From: Anaerohalosphaeraceae bacterium
GTDB lineage: Bacteria; Planctomycetota; Phycisphaerae; Sedimentisphaerales; Anaerohalosphaeraceae
Assembly (NCBI GenBank): GCA_963675525.2
Contig: CAXXSL010000019.1
Coordinates: forward strand, 96,001-160,000
DNA: 64,000 nt
Direction of reading: 5' to 3'
Shown here: piece by piece, positions 24,771-35,316 of the stretch
Layout: every line of letters begins with the position of its first letter
How positions within the stretch are numbered: the stretch's first letter is position 1
The notes under the pieces: generated by a model
Told to the model about the DNA's origin: nothing
The model's database searches: none
Seen by the model: the letters and a program-made list of their open reading frames with translations, nothing else
Position numbers and translations under genes: made by a program

Positions 24771-26411
24771 TCAATTTGCCTTCAATCCAATTTGAAAAAA
24801 CAGATATAAACTGATCATAATCACTGCCAACAAACCCCACCCAAAGAACCCGCCGCGACCGAGACCCGGATTTTCACGATAAGTTTGGCGCAATGTCGGT
24901 AACGGTGTTTCAGACGCACTGTGCCGTGTTAAAAGAGAGACCAGTACCATAAACACCATGATCCCGCAAAACAGATAAAACGACAGCAACAGGAAGTGAG
25001 GGAAAATATCCTGTCCCGCCTCATTGGCAAACACATTGGTGATATCGCAAATCCCAACGGATAAGGAAACAACCGACCCCATAATCAAGGTCAGCAAAGC
25101 CGCTGTGTTCGTCGAACGTTTCCAGAAAATTCCCAGTACAAACACAGCTGAAACCGGCGGGGCCATGTACCCAATAATCCCCTGAAACAGGTTAAACAGG
25201 TTTGTTCCTTCGGCTTTGCTCAGAAGCCAGGCAATCCCCACGGCGAGCAAGGCTGAAACCACGGTTATTATTCGCCCGATCTGTTTGATTTTATGTTCCG
25301 TCGCATCCGGGGTCATCCAGCGCTTATAGATGTCCAACGTAAATATGGTACTGAACGAATTGAGCCCGGAATCCAGCGTTGAGACCACTGCTGCAACCAG
25401 CACGGATACAATTAATCCGACCAGACCGGGGGGCAAATAGGTATTCACCATTTTCAAAAAGACTTCTTTGTCATCGGCGATACCAGGCAGTAATTGAGCG
25501 GCAAAAATACCGGGTAGTAGGAAGATAAACGGCGGTAAAATTTTGAGGACAGCCGCAAAGAACGTTCCGCCCTGACTTTGCCGCAGATTACGTGCGCCCA
25601 AGGCCCGCTGTACAATCGTCTGGTCGGAGCACCAAAACCATAACGAAAGGACAGGATACCCCAGAACAAATGCATACCAAGGATTATCTGAACCGGCTGG
25701 GTGCAGTAGTTTCCATGTTAATTCCGGCGGTGTACTGCCGCATTGAACGTGCAGGAGGGTTGAAAAAGAATCCAGATGGCTTGCCGCAATGATTGAAAGA
25801 CAAGCCGCGCCAATAATCATCAGTATGGACTGAAATGAATCGGTCACCATCACGGCCACCAATCCGCCGGCGATTGTGAAACTGGCCGCGATCCCGGCGA
25901 GCACCCAGATACTGGTCATCAGTTCCCATCCCAGCAGTTGAGCTAACAAGGCACCACCTGCAAACAACGTTCCGCCTATCCAGAGCACAACTGTGCCCAA
26001 CAGCGCATAGAACGACATGAAGGTATAACAGCCTTGTCCGAAACGTTTGTTCATAAACTCCGGCATCGTGGAGATCTTCGTGTTCAGATAAAACGGCACG
26101 AACACCATACCCAGCAAAAACAGGAATATCCACGCCATCCACTCAAAATTCGCGGTCACCATCCCGGTTGTATATCCGGCCCCGCAGGTTGCGATCAAAA
26201 ATGTCGGCCCGATGTTAGTTCCAAAAATGCTTAAACCAACATTGCTCCACCCCATGGAACGGCCGCCAAGGAACAAATCTTCACTTTTACGATGACGATA
26301 GCTTACAAATCCGCCAATTCCCAGCAGGATCAGAATATAAACCACAAAGACCGTCATATCCAGCGGATGCATCGTTACGCCTGCGGCTAAGATATTCGAC
26401 AACTTAATCAT
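24771..26411 (-). CDS. Sodium:solute symporter (SSS, SGLT-like sugar transporter)
   Basis: FLGGRSMGW..VGLSIFGTNIG, ANFEW, TMPEFMNKRFG, TDSFQ, WFWCSDQTIVQRALGA, STLDSGLNSFSTIFTLDIY; many hydrophobic helices. Confidence 0.95.
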   Translation of the reverse strand: MIKLSNILAAGVTMHPLDMTVFVVYILILLGIGGFVSYRHRKSEDLFLGGRSMGWSNVGLSIFGTNIGPTFLIATCGAGYTTGMVTANFEWMAWIFLFLLGMVFVPFYLNTKISTMPEFMNKRFGQGCYTFMSFYALLGTVVLWIGGTLFAGGALLAQLLGWELMTSIWVLAGIAASFTIAGGLVAVMVTDSFQSILMIIGAACLSIIAASHLDSFSTLLHVQCGSTPPELTWKLLHPAGSDNPWYAFVLGYPVLSLWFWCSDQTIVQRALGARNLRQSQGGTFFAAVLKILPPFIFLLPGIFAAQLLPGIADDKEVFLKMVNTYLPPGLVGLIVSVLVAAVVSTLDSGLNSFSTIFTLDIYKRWMTPDATEHKIKQIGRIITVVSALLAVGIAWLLSKAEGTNLFNLFQGIIGYMAPPVSAVFVLGIFWKRSTNTAALLTLIMGSVVSLSVGICDITNVFANEAGQDIFPHFLLLSFYLFCGIMVFMVLVSLLTRHSASETPLPTLRQTYRENPGLGRGGFFGWGLLAVIMISLYLFFQIGLKAN

Positions 26412-27198
26412 GCATTGACTCTTTCGTCGATTGCGGGGTCACCGGAATCATGGGAACCCAGATATCTTTTTCCCCATCCAGTGGTTGCTGGCACGGTCCG
26501 GTCTGAGCCCACCATCGCTGATTGACCGGATCTTCATTGTTCATCCGATTGTCTTTTTCGGAGTCGCTGCCCATATACTCCAGATAGAAAAACTCATGTA
26601 GTTGATTACCTATCTCAACTAAAAATATAGAGAAGTTGCGATTGTTGCCCCGAATCATCTGGTCGACGACGCCGGGCCAGACCGTCTGATGAAGGCTGCG
26701 GTAGTAACTTTCTTTTTCAGGTTTGATGGTCGTTACCATTGACAGGATCTGAGTCGGTTTGCGATCCACATCCAGGCCGCGAATATAGTTAATCCATTCC
26801 ATCTGCAGCCAGCAACATCCATATCGCGCGGCTCGCGGATGAGGAAGAATTAATGTCTTAGTCTCCGGAGCAACTGATTCGAACGATTCTGCCGCACTCA
26901 AATAGTCTTTCTTTCCTGAATATTCAAAATAAACCATAAACCAGACGCCGCCCTGAATCTCTCTTTTGAAACCGGTAAGATTTGAAATACCGGCTTTTTT
27001 TAATTTCTTACTTTCCATTTTGTCGCTAAGATCAGACAAAACCCGAGACAATGCCTCCTCATGATTGGGTTTAGCCTGGGCAATCAATCCCACATGCGTC
27101 GGTTTTCCCGATAGTAAATAATTTTCATAGGGCGAAAATGCAGATGCATCCGAAGAAACTATCGCCAGCACCAACACTATCCAGTATAGATTTTTCAT
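26404..27198 (-). CDS. L-rhamnose mutarotase (RhaM-family) protein with two tandem domains and a signal peptide
   Basis: C-terminal domain YRSLHQTVWPGV...NFSIF...FFYLEYMG...QRWW...CQQPL; degenerate N-terminal copy (AGISNL..F...YFEYSG); signal peptide; AGGAGG RBS. Confidence 0.8.
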   Translation of the reverse strand: MKNLYWIVLVLAIVSSDASAFSPYENYLLSGKPTHVGLIAQAKPNHEEALSRVLSDLSDKMESKKLKKAGISNLTGFKREIQGGVWFMVYFEYSGKKDYLSAAESFESVAPETKTLILPHPRAARYGCCWLQMEWINYIRGLDVDRKPTQILSMVTTIKPEKESYYRSLHQTVWPGVVDQMIRGNNRNFSIFLVEIGNQLHEFFYLEYMGSDSEKDNRMNNEDPVNQRWWAQTGPCQQPLDGEKDIWVPMIPVTPQSTKESMHD

Positions 27199-27224
27199 AA
27201 ATCGCCTCCTTTACCAAATATTGT

Positions 27225-29571
27225 TTAACAAATTAAAGGAACCTGCACTCCTTTTGAATCAATTTGATATAATGTGTCATATATCTTTATCTCAACAGGC
27301 TCACCTTCAATCAATTTAAAAGCAGCTTGTGTTGTGTCCACAACTACCTCAATGACGGCACCGTGATAATTTATCCTGAACTGATAGCGATTCCAGGCTT
27401 TGGCAATCTGCGGACGGAATGAAAGAACAGGACCGTCACTTCGCATGCCGCCGTAACCGCATACCAGATTTGCCCAGATGCCCGCCGCAGATGTCGCATG
27501 ATGGCCCTGCTCAGTGTTGCGGTTATAGTTATCCAGATCCAATCGGGCCCGCATAGGTGAAAAACTGATACGCCTGATCGGTCATTCCCAGTTCCAGTGC
27601 TAAAATAGAATGCAGCGACGGAGACAACGATGACTCGTGAATCGTTCGAGCCTCGTAAAATTCGTAATTGGCTCTTTTTTCTTCGGCGGTAAAATCATCA
27701 CTGAAGAAGAACATATGATTGAGTACATCCGGCTGTTTGATCATGTTCTTTCTAAAGATACGGATATACGCCCAGTTCTTATAAATGGGGATTTGGTCCA
27801 CCGGAACATCAGCAACTTCCACATGCGGCAAGTCAAAATAGCCCGCGTGCTGCTCAAATACCTTCGTGTCAGGATTTTGGACAATGCGCATTTTCTCGGC
27901 CATGTCTTCCCATGCTTTGGGTTCGGCCGGGCACAGCGAAACTTTTTCAATTGCCGCCTTGTAGCGGTCCGGAGCATTTGTTTTCATTTCCTCCAGCACA
28001 TCAAGCGTGAAAAGAAAGACTTTCTTCGCCAGGTAGTTCGTATAAAAGTTATGGTTCACCATCATGTGGAACTCATCCGGCCCCATGACACCGTAAAGAC
28101 CGAAGTCTCCGTTTAAGGGGCTGTAATCTCCCGCACTCGCATAGAAACGGGAAATCTGAAGAAGCATCTCGATGCCTTCTCGATACAAAAAGTCTTTGTC
28201 TTGGAGAATCTTGTCATATTGCCAGATCGCATAACCAATCGCTCCACTGATATGATGTTCCAGGTCCACATGCTGCCATGTGCCCGAATCCTCGTTCCCG
28301 GAAATGGTTGCAAAGGGATAACGTGCACCCCGGCAATCCAGATCCTGAGCTCGTTGAAGTGCTTGCGGAAGCGTGTGATAGCGATACATCAAGAGATTTT
28401 TTGCCGCTTGCGGATTGACAAACAAATGGATTCGATGGCAATAGATCTCGGTATCCCAAAACGCCCAGCCGAAATAAACCTCACCTGTCAGACCTTTACA
28501 GAGCGGATTTAAGCGGGGATTTTCTCCACGATAGGTTTGATAGCATGACAGAATGGAAAAACGCAGCCCCTGTAGCGTGTCGTCGTCGCCGTCAATATCA
28601 ACCGCAAAGCGATTCCAGACATCTTGCATGAATTCGGTATGTTGTTCATAGGCTGCATCAAACGTAACATCTGCGTACTGCTCGGTGAATGAGATCCCAT
28701 TTTTCCAGTTTTCATTAGTATGGTCGTTCTTTTCCCAGTGATTGATGACAATCTTATCAACACAGGCCGCCTTGTTTTTATCCAGAGATAGCGAAAATCC
28801 AAGACCAATGAATTTATCCTGAGACAGGACTTGCGGCGCAACCGATTCAGCAGTCGAAATGCGAAAGCCAGAGAATAGCTGAAAGCCCGTCCCCTTTGTC
28901 TGGGACATGATCTGGCAACTTGTATTGTCGGAAGCTTGCTTAACTTCATTCCAGAAATTTTCCCCTTTATCTGAAGCTGCTGAACCGGATGTTTCAGTCT
29001 GTGTCCAACCGGATGCAATCTCATAGCGGGTATTAAAATCAAGCCCCAGCACCACCTCAGCTTCCCCTGAAAAATTCATAGGCTCCAAGAGTATTCGTTG
29101 GCAGCCCATTTTCGTCGTATGCATATTCAAAAAACGGATGAACGTGATTTTTAGTTGACGCCCGGATTGAAGCTGCCAGACAAATTCCCGGGTATACACC
29201 AGCTTTTTCATGTCAAGGGTTCGCTTGAAGTCGCTGAATTTGACTGAAGCAAGATCGAGTTGCTCACCATCGATGGTAATGCGCGTATATAGCCAGTCAA
29301 CCGTGTTAATCATGGCACCGCTTTTGTCGATCATACCCTTAAAAAATTGATCATGGCCGATATCGAGATAATCATAAAGATGATTGAAATAGCTGCCTAA
29401 GAGATGGTCGCCGCTGTAGCCCTCTTCGAAATACCCTCGAACTCCCATGTGTTCATTGGAGACCGAAAAAATCGATTCACTCAGCCGTTGTTTTTCCGGA
29501 CAAAAACCTTCCTCTACGATGGTCCATGGATCCCCTTGATAATACTTTTGAGGGCGTTTCATCAAATGCAT
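27225..29571 (-). pseudogene. GH65 glycoside phosphorylase/hydrolase (maltose/kojibiose phosphorylase family), frameshifted near the C-terminus
   Basis: SESIFSVSNEHMGVRGYFEE, KGLTGEVY.G.AFWDTE, VMGPDEFH, KQPDV, HESSLSP; removing one base of CCC 27548-27550 joins FTYAARLDLDNYNRNT into a 781-aa protein. Confidence 0.88.
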
Positions 29572-29632
29572 GTCTTTTTCGCTTTCATTAATACATTGTT
29601 TTTAAAGTAATTACAGTCCATGAAAAATCATG

Positions 29633-29652
29633 TTTACAATATCGATTGTAAA
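29633..29652. promoter_or_regulatory. Inverted repeat TTTACAAT-ATCG-ATTGTAAA, candidate repressor operator upstream of the GH65 unit
   Basis: Perfect 8-bp arms in the AT-rich spacer about 60 bp upstream of the GH65 start. Confidence 0.45.
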
Positions 29653-29799
29653 AAATCCGAATACAAAATTACAGAAAAATATATCATAAAAATCAAACAC
29701 TGGGTAACTGATGTGACCTGCTCCCCATTCTTGGTCTAGTCTCTATGCGAATGCTGCCGAAACAAATCCAACCGTGACCGTCACTGTGCAAATGCTGTT

Positions 29800-32640
29800 C
29801 TATTCGACAATCTGAAATCCCATTGTCGAACAGATGACGGCCTTATCCGGGAAGCGTTGTTGATAACGTTTTATGGCAGCCTTAAAAGCCGCCTGATTAT
29901 TGCCCGGGTTGTCACGGAATCCCTGTTGACGGGGAGATAGGTTGATACCGCCACTGGGTCCCTTACCGGTGCCGTCGGATTGAGGACTCCAGAAACGAAT
30001 ATCAATGATATCAACCACCGCCGCACGAGCGGGATCATTCAGGATGGCCTCCTGCACGTCATAGGTGCAGCTCAAGGCGGTCAGGACCTGTTTGCCGGTT
30101 TCTTTTTCCCATTCGCCAATCGTGTCCAGCCAGAACTGCGTGAATGACAGGGGGCCGGTGTATTCACCACTGGTCATGTGAATGACATTTGGACAATCGC
30201 TGAGAAACTCAAGGTGGTGACGAATATAGGCCTTGTGCAGTTCCCGGCGAACCGGGTGCGTTATATCATAGAACAAATGGGCCTGAAAGATGCGTTTGTC
30301 ACCGGCATAGGGGAGCAGGTTCAGGAAAGCCTGTGTCGTTGATATTGTTGGCCGAGCGCCAGGGGAAGTCGGCCCAGTGCGCGCCTGCCTCCAGAATATT
30401 GTGCTGAAAGTAGTGGTTGTTTAGCAGTACCAAACCCTTACACTCTCCCAGTTGGGCAAAGGTCCTGATTCGGTTGAAATACCAAGGATTGTAACGTGTC
30501 AGGTCATAGCGACTCAATCCGTCCCACGCCGTACCCTGGCCGCTGCGGGCAAAGGGCATTTCGTCGAAGGGAACCCAGACTTCACCATCGTTACGTCGAA
30601 TCCGCTCATGGTCTTGCCGCCGACGGTCGTACCACAGGCCATGGTGTTGATAGACCGCAACATAGCCGTTGTTGGCCAACTGCGTGGTCAGGGTGTCCAG
30701 ATCGTCTGTCCAGCCTTTGCCGACACGCCCGGGAACAAAACGGGTCAGTTCCGGTTGCGCCTGTTTGAATGCAATAGACTGCGGGACGGCACTGCTTCGC
30801 CACCAATAGGTATCCATCGTTCTGCCGGTCAGGGTTTGCCGTCAATGATCAGTTGCCCCTTGACTAAGGCAAGCTGTTTGGTTGCCGGACCCGGCTCAAT
30901 CGGTAAGAGATCGGGGTGTTGTTTGATGATTGTATCAATCGAGGGCACATCCTTGCACTCCAGCGGCAAGGCATACTGTTGCCGGCAAGCGTTAATGACC
31001 TCGGTTAGTTGAGGAGCCGGACGATTGGAATTGGCGACCATCATCTGGGCCTTGTCGACGCTGGGACGCGTTGATCCGGGGGGGTGAATGATGCCATCAC
31101 CAATAAAGGTCCCTGCCTCGTCACCGGCCCGGCGCTGCACCAGGGCCCGCATCAGGCTCTTGGGATCGACGAAATCGTTAAAGGCGGCCCAGTGGCCGTC
31201 TCCCTCAAAGAGGCCCCAGCAACCGATGGCCCAGTTTTGCCCCTGCGGCGGCTTATAACAGTCAAGCTGACTGGCGGTACACTGCCATAGCATGCAATTG
31301 ACGGCTGTCCAACCACTGAATTGCAGTTCCGTACCGCGATAACTTAGTCTCAGAGCGTCACCATCAATATTCACATTGTCATACAACACGCCTGTAGCCC
31401 AGGCGCCGATCGGACCGCTGTCGTCCAGGGCCATGCGCGCATCACAGTGTACAAAGGCGTTAGGACCTGCCGCACAATGTCCAACTGAGAAATCGTGACG
31501 GCCATGTTCGGAATAACAGCGAAGAAAGAGAGTCTGTTGACCGGCGGTAAAGAAAGTGTGCCGTCGCCAGCCACCATTCTCGGACACCGGTTCCAGAGAT
31601 TCACAATCGACTACCGTAACCCGGCTGGCACTTTCCCAAACCGATACGGCTGAGCCTGCAAAGTGACGGAAGGTCACGCCTCGTACCCAGGCGTCGCGCA
31701 CATGTTCCAGCGTAATACCCATCCAGGCGTGGTCCTCGTCCTTGGACCGTTCTTTGTCATAGGCCGAGATCAGTTGCAGGTTTTCTATGCCGACCTGGGA
31801 AATCCGACCCGGCCAAGTATAACGCACCAGGGTACCGCCGGTCCCATTAGGATTCAAATCCATGCTAAGCGGAGCGTCCAGGATCACTGTATTGTCCTTG
31901 ATGCTCTTGACCTGTCGATCCCAAATGATGTCCAACTCGCCAGCCTTCCAAACGCGAGGAGCCTTTTTCGCATTCCAGATCTTGGACATACCCATGGTCA
32001 CAATCCATTCTTCGGTACTGGGATGCGTAACCAAGACATGATCGCCCGGCTTGATACCATTGGCATCGGCCAGCGTTACTGCAGCAGCACCTGTAGGGAC
32101 AGCATCGGTGATCGTAATAGCAGTTTCTACGGATTTATCATCCCGGCCTAAAACTCGAATCAGGGTCCTGCGATCTTGTCCGGCAGCGATTAAACGTGTA
32201 CCGTTCTCTCCCGGACCACTGCCCCTGAGTATGACCCCGGAGTACTTGATCACCAGTTGATTGGCGATCTCATAGTCACCCGGCCCCAGCAACACCGCTC
32301 CACGTAAACCCTGTGCATCCGGCTGTAAACGTCCTACGTAATCCAGAGCCGCTTGAATGCGCTGACCATCGTCACCGGTTACCGGATTAACCATCACCTT
32401 GACGGGAGCATTGGGCAGGGCTTCTTCATTGGCCTTGTAGCCGGCATAGGAGAAATCCACAACACCAGTCTTCTCGTCTTCCAGGTATTGCTCAATGGGG
32501 ATAGCCCAGTGGGGATCACCACCACCCGGGGGGGAAACAGGGGACATGCCGCAGGCCGGTGAGGTAAAGGGCCAAACGCCACTATAACTCAAAACAAGGA
32601 TTAGCAACGCCCCAAAAGCTCGTTTGTCGATTATTCTCAT
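29800..32640 (-). pseudogene. Secreted pectate-lyase-like beta-helix plus DUF6298-like domain protein, split by two frameshifts
   Basis: Three consecutive ORFs (30829..32688, 30299..30817, 29800..30276): DFSYAGY, RIQAALD...RGAVLLGPG, HYFQHNILEAGAHW; repair gives GKPLTGRTMDT and PAPYAGDKRIFQAHLFYD, about 946 aa. Confidence 0.75.
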
Positions 32641-32790
32641 ATCTCGTATTCTTCGCAAATCAATTGGTCCTCTACTGCCAGCATACATTTGAAAGTTCGC
32701 GATAACAGTCGAGCCATTCCAGCATGAATTCCATCACATCGTTCTTTCTCTTTATTTACAATCACTGATACCTTGTGTTCAGCAATCTAC

Positions 32791-34353
32791 TCAATTCGAG
32801 ACCGCAGCGTCTTTCTTTGATCTGTCTATGTCTGGATTGGGCGCATTTCCAGATGCGTTAAGCATCTGAACCGCCCATTGCCATCTGTCATAATTTTTTT
32901 GTATTTCTTCGCCGTTATCACGATCCGAAGCTTCGTATTTAATCTCATTTAGAACATTTTGAGGCAACTGGTCCAGATTCTGAAAGATTCCCTCCTGTAA
33001 TCCAGCCAGACAAGCTGCGCCAAACGCTGAGACATCCTGCATCCCAATATTGGTGACCTCCTTCTGCAGAATATCTGCCAGAAATTGCATAATGAATTTA
33101 TTTTGACTGATGCCGCCGTCAACCCGCAATTGCTCCAAGGGTATGTTACAGGAGGACTCCATCGCCTCAATCACATCCTTAATCTGATAAGGAATTGATT
33201 CCAATGCGGCTCGTACAATATGATTCTTATTGCAGCCCAGCGTTAACCCTGTAATCAAGGCTTTGACATCCATATTCCAGTAAGGAGCCCCCAAGCCGTT
33301 AAATGCCGGCACCAAGGTAACACCATTGCTGTTCGGTACGGATTGAGCCATCGCCTCGCTCTCTGAACTTTCCTTCAATAGCTCCAGGTTATCCCTAAGC
33401 CAGTTGATGGTTGACCCGCAGGAAACGATAATGCCTTCAAGTGCATAATCCACACGATCACCTGTGCTCCAGCAAATCGTAGCGACCATGCCGTTAGCGG
33501 ATGGAGGGCGTTTGCTTCCGGTGTTTAATAAGATTGAACATCCTGTGCCCATGGTTGCTTTGGCTGTTCCCGGCGAAAAACATCCTTCTCCGAAGGCCGC
33601 CGCATGAGAATCGCCGATCATTGCACTGATACTTATCGGGGCCGGCAGTAACCCCTCGAAATCTGATGCTCCGAAATCAAAGGATGACGGTCGGGCCTCG
33701 GGCAGCTTAAGCCCCGATAATCCAAACTGCTCAAGCAAATACCGGTCCCATGATAATTGATCAAGGTTAAAAAAGAGCGTCCGGGAAGCATTGGTATAGT
33801 CGGTATCATAACGCCGGCCTCCGGTCAGTTTATAAAGCAGCCATGTATCCACCGTGCCGAAATAAGCGTCTCCGTTTCCAACGGCGGCGTTGATTTTGTT
33901 GTCGTTTTCACATAACCAGATCAGTTTACTTGCTGAAAAATAGGGATCTGCAATTAAACCGGTGCGCTTTGTTATTTCCTGCTCCAAAGCCGAACCCTGA
34001 AGGCGGTTGCAGATATCCACGGAGCGCTTGCATTGCCAGACGATGGCCGGAGCCAAAGGCTGGCCGGAGGCATCCCACAAGCAGAACGTTTCCCGTTGAT
34101 TGCTTATTCCGCATGTCTTTATCTGACTTAAATCTTCGGATACATTTTTTCGAAACCGAGACAGGCAGGCTTTCAATGCCGACAAAACATTCTGATATAG
34201 CTCCAGCGGGTCCTGTTCAACAAAACCCGGTTGGGGATAGTAAGAGGCTAAAGGCTCCGTCCCCTTGGTTGCGATTTGCCCGTCTGTATCGAATATAACG
34301 GCTTTTGTGCCGCTGGTTCCCTGGTCAATGGCTAAAATATAATCTTTCTTCAC
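32791..34353 (-). CDS. FGGY-family carbohydrate kinase (glycerol kinase-like; candidate apulose kinase)
   Basis: ILAIDQGTSGTKA, GISNQRET, AIVWQCKR, DPYFSASK, TDYTNASRT, GLGAPYW, LRVDGG; GTG start. Confidence 0.92.
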   Translation of the reverse strand: MKKDYILAIDQGTSGTKAVIFDTDGQIATKGTEPLASYYPQPGFVEQDPLELYQNVLSALKACLSRFRKNVSEDLSQIKTCGISNQRETFCLWDASGQPLAPAIVWQCKRSVDICNRLQGSALEQEITKRTGLIADPYFSASKLIWLCENDNKINAAVGNGDAYFGTVDTWLLYKLTGGRRYDTDYTNASRTLFFNLDQLSWDRYLLEQFGLSGLKLPEARPSSFDFGASDFEGLLPAPISISAMIGDSHAAAFGEGCFSPGTAKATMGTGCSILLNTGSKRPPSANGMVATICWSTGDRVDYALEGIIVSCGSTINWLRDNLELLKESSESEAMAQSVPNSNGVTLVPAFNGLGAPYWNMDVKALITGLTLGCNKNHIVRAALESIPYQIKDVIEAMESSCNIPLEQLRVDGGISQNKFIMQFLADILQKEVTNIGMQDVSAFGAACLAGLQEGIFQNLDQLPQNVLNEIKYEASDRDNGEEIQKNYDRWQWAVQMLNASGNAPNPDIDRSKKDAAVSN

Positions 34354-34362
34354 GAACGTTTC

Positions 34363-35316
34363 CTACTTCAATAGTGATTTCGCGGTTTGAGTAAGGCCCT
34401 CCGGCGAGATGCCGTAGTATCCCATAATTTCCAATTGGCTTCCCGTAATCGTATCTTCATCCGGAAAGCCTACGATCTTAAAAGGCACCGAAATGCCTTT
34501 CTGGAAAAGCACTGATGCACACGCCTCTCCCAGGCCGCCGGCACAACTGTGTTCTTCTACCGTAATGACAGCTTGACACTCTTGGCCTGCTTTCAAAACA
34601 GCATCTTCGTCCAGAGGCTTAACTGTATGCATGCTGATTACGCGAGCGGTAATGCCTTCACGCTCCAGAGCCTCAGCAGCCAATGCCGCCTGTATAACGG
34701 CTTCACCGGTTGCAATAAAGGCAACGTCGTCACCCGGACAAACGAGCAGGGACTTGCCTACGACGAATGAGGTGTCGGGATTGTGCAGATGGGGCATGGC
34801 TCTCTTGCCGAAACGAATAAAGACAGGATGGCACATGTCGGCTGCTGCTTTTACGGCTTCGGACGTTTCAAAATTGTCTGCAGGGACGATAATTGTACAG
34901 TTGTGAATTGCACGCATGACAGCCAAATCGTGCAGGGAGTGATGGGTAGAACCCAGCGCACCATAACTGACACCGGAACTAATGGCAATCAGTTTGACCG
35001 GCTGATCAGAATAACAAACGTCATTTTTAACCTGTTCCAGCGCCCGTGTTGTCAGAAAGCTGCCGGGAGATACCGCAAATACAATTTTTCCCGCGGAGGC
35101 CAATCCGGCAGCGACCCCAACCAGATTTTGTTCGGCAATCCCGATTTCAACGATTTGATCGGGCAGGGCTTTGGCAAAAGGCTGCAGTTTGCCTGAACCG
35201 CGTGAATCACTCGTTACAGCCAATACATTCTTATTTTTTTGGGCAATCTCCAACAAGGTTTGAGAAAAAACTTCCAGGTTGGCTTTACCGGTCTCAATGA
35301 CAGGATCTAAACTCAT
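34363..35316 (-). CDS. Transketolase C-terminal subunit (candidate apulose-4-phosphate transketolase subunit B)
   Basis: EIGIAEQNLVGVAAGLA, RALEQVKND, GSTHHS, TVKPLD, VEEHS..GGLG. Confidence 0.93.
   Translation of the reverse strand: MSLDPVIETGKANLEVFSQTLLEIAQKNKNVLAVTSDSRGSGKLQPFAKALPDQIVEIGIAEQNLVGVAAGLASAGKIVFAVSPGSFLTTRALEQVKNDVCYSDQPVKLIAISSGVSYGALGSTHHSLHDLAVMRAIHNCTIIVPADNFETSEAVKAAADMCHPVFIRFGKRAMPHLHNPDTSFVVGKSLLVCPGDDVAFIATGEAVIQAALAAEALEREGITARVISMHTVKPLDEDAVLKAGQECQAVITVEEHSCAGGLGEACASVLFQKGISVPFKIVGFPDEDTITGSQLEIMGYYGISPEGLTQTAKSLLK

Noticed and set aside
32791..34353. Calling the kinase glpK (glycerol metabolism)
   Set aside because: No glpF or glpD nearby; the isomerase plus split transketolase context points to another substrate
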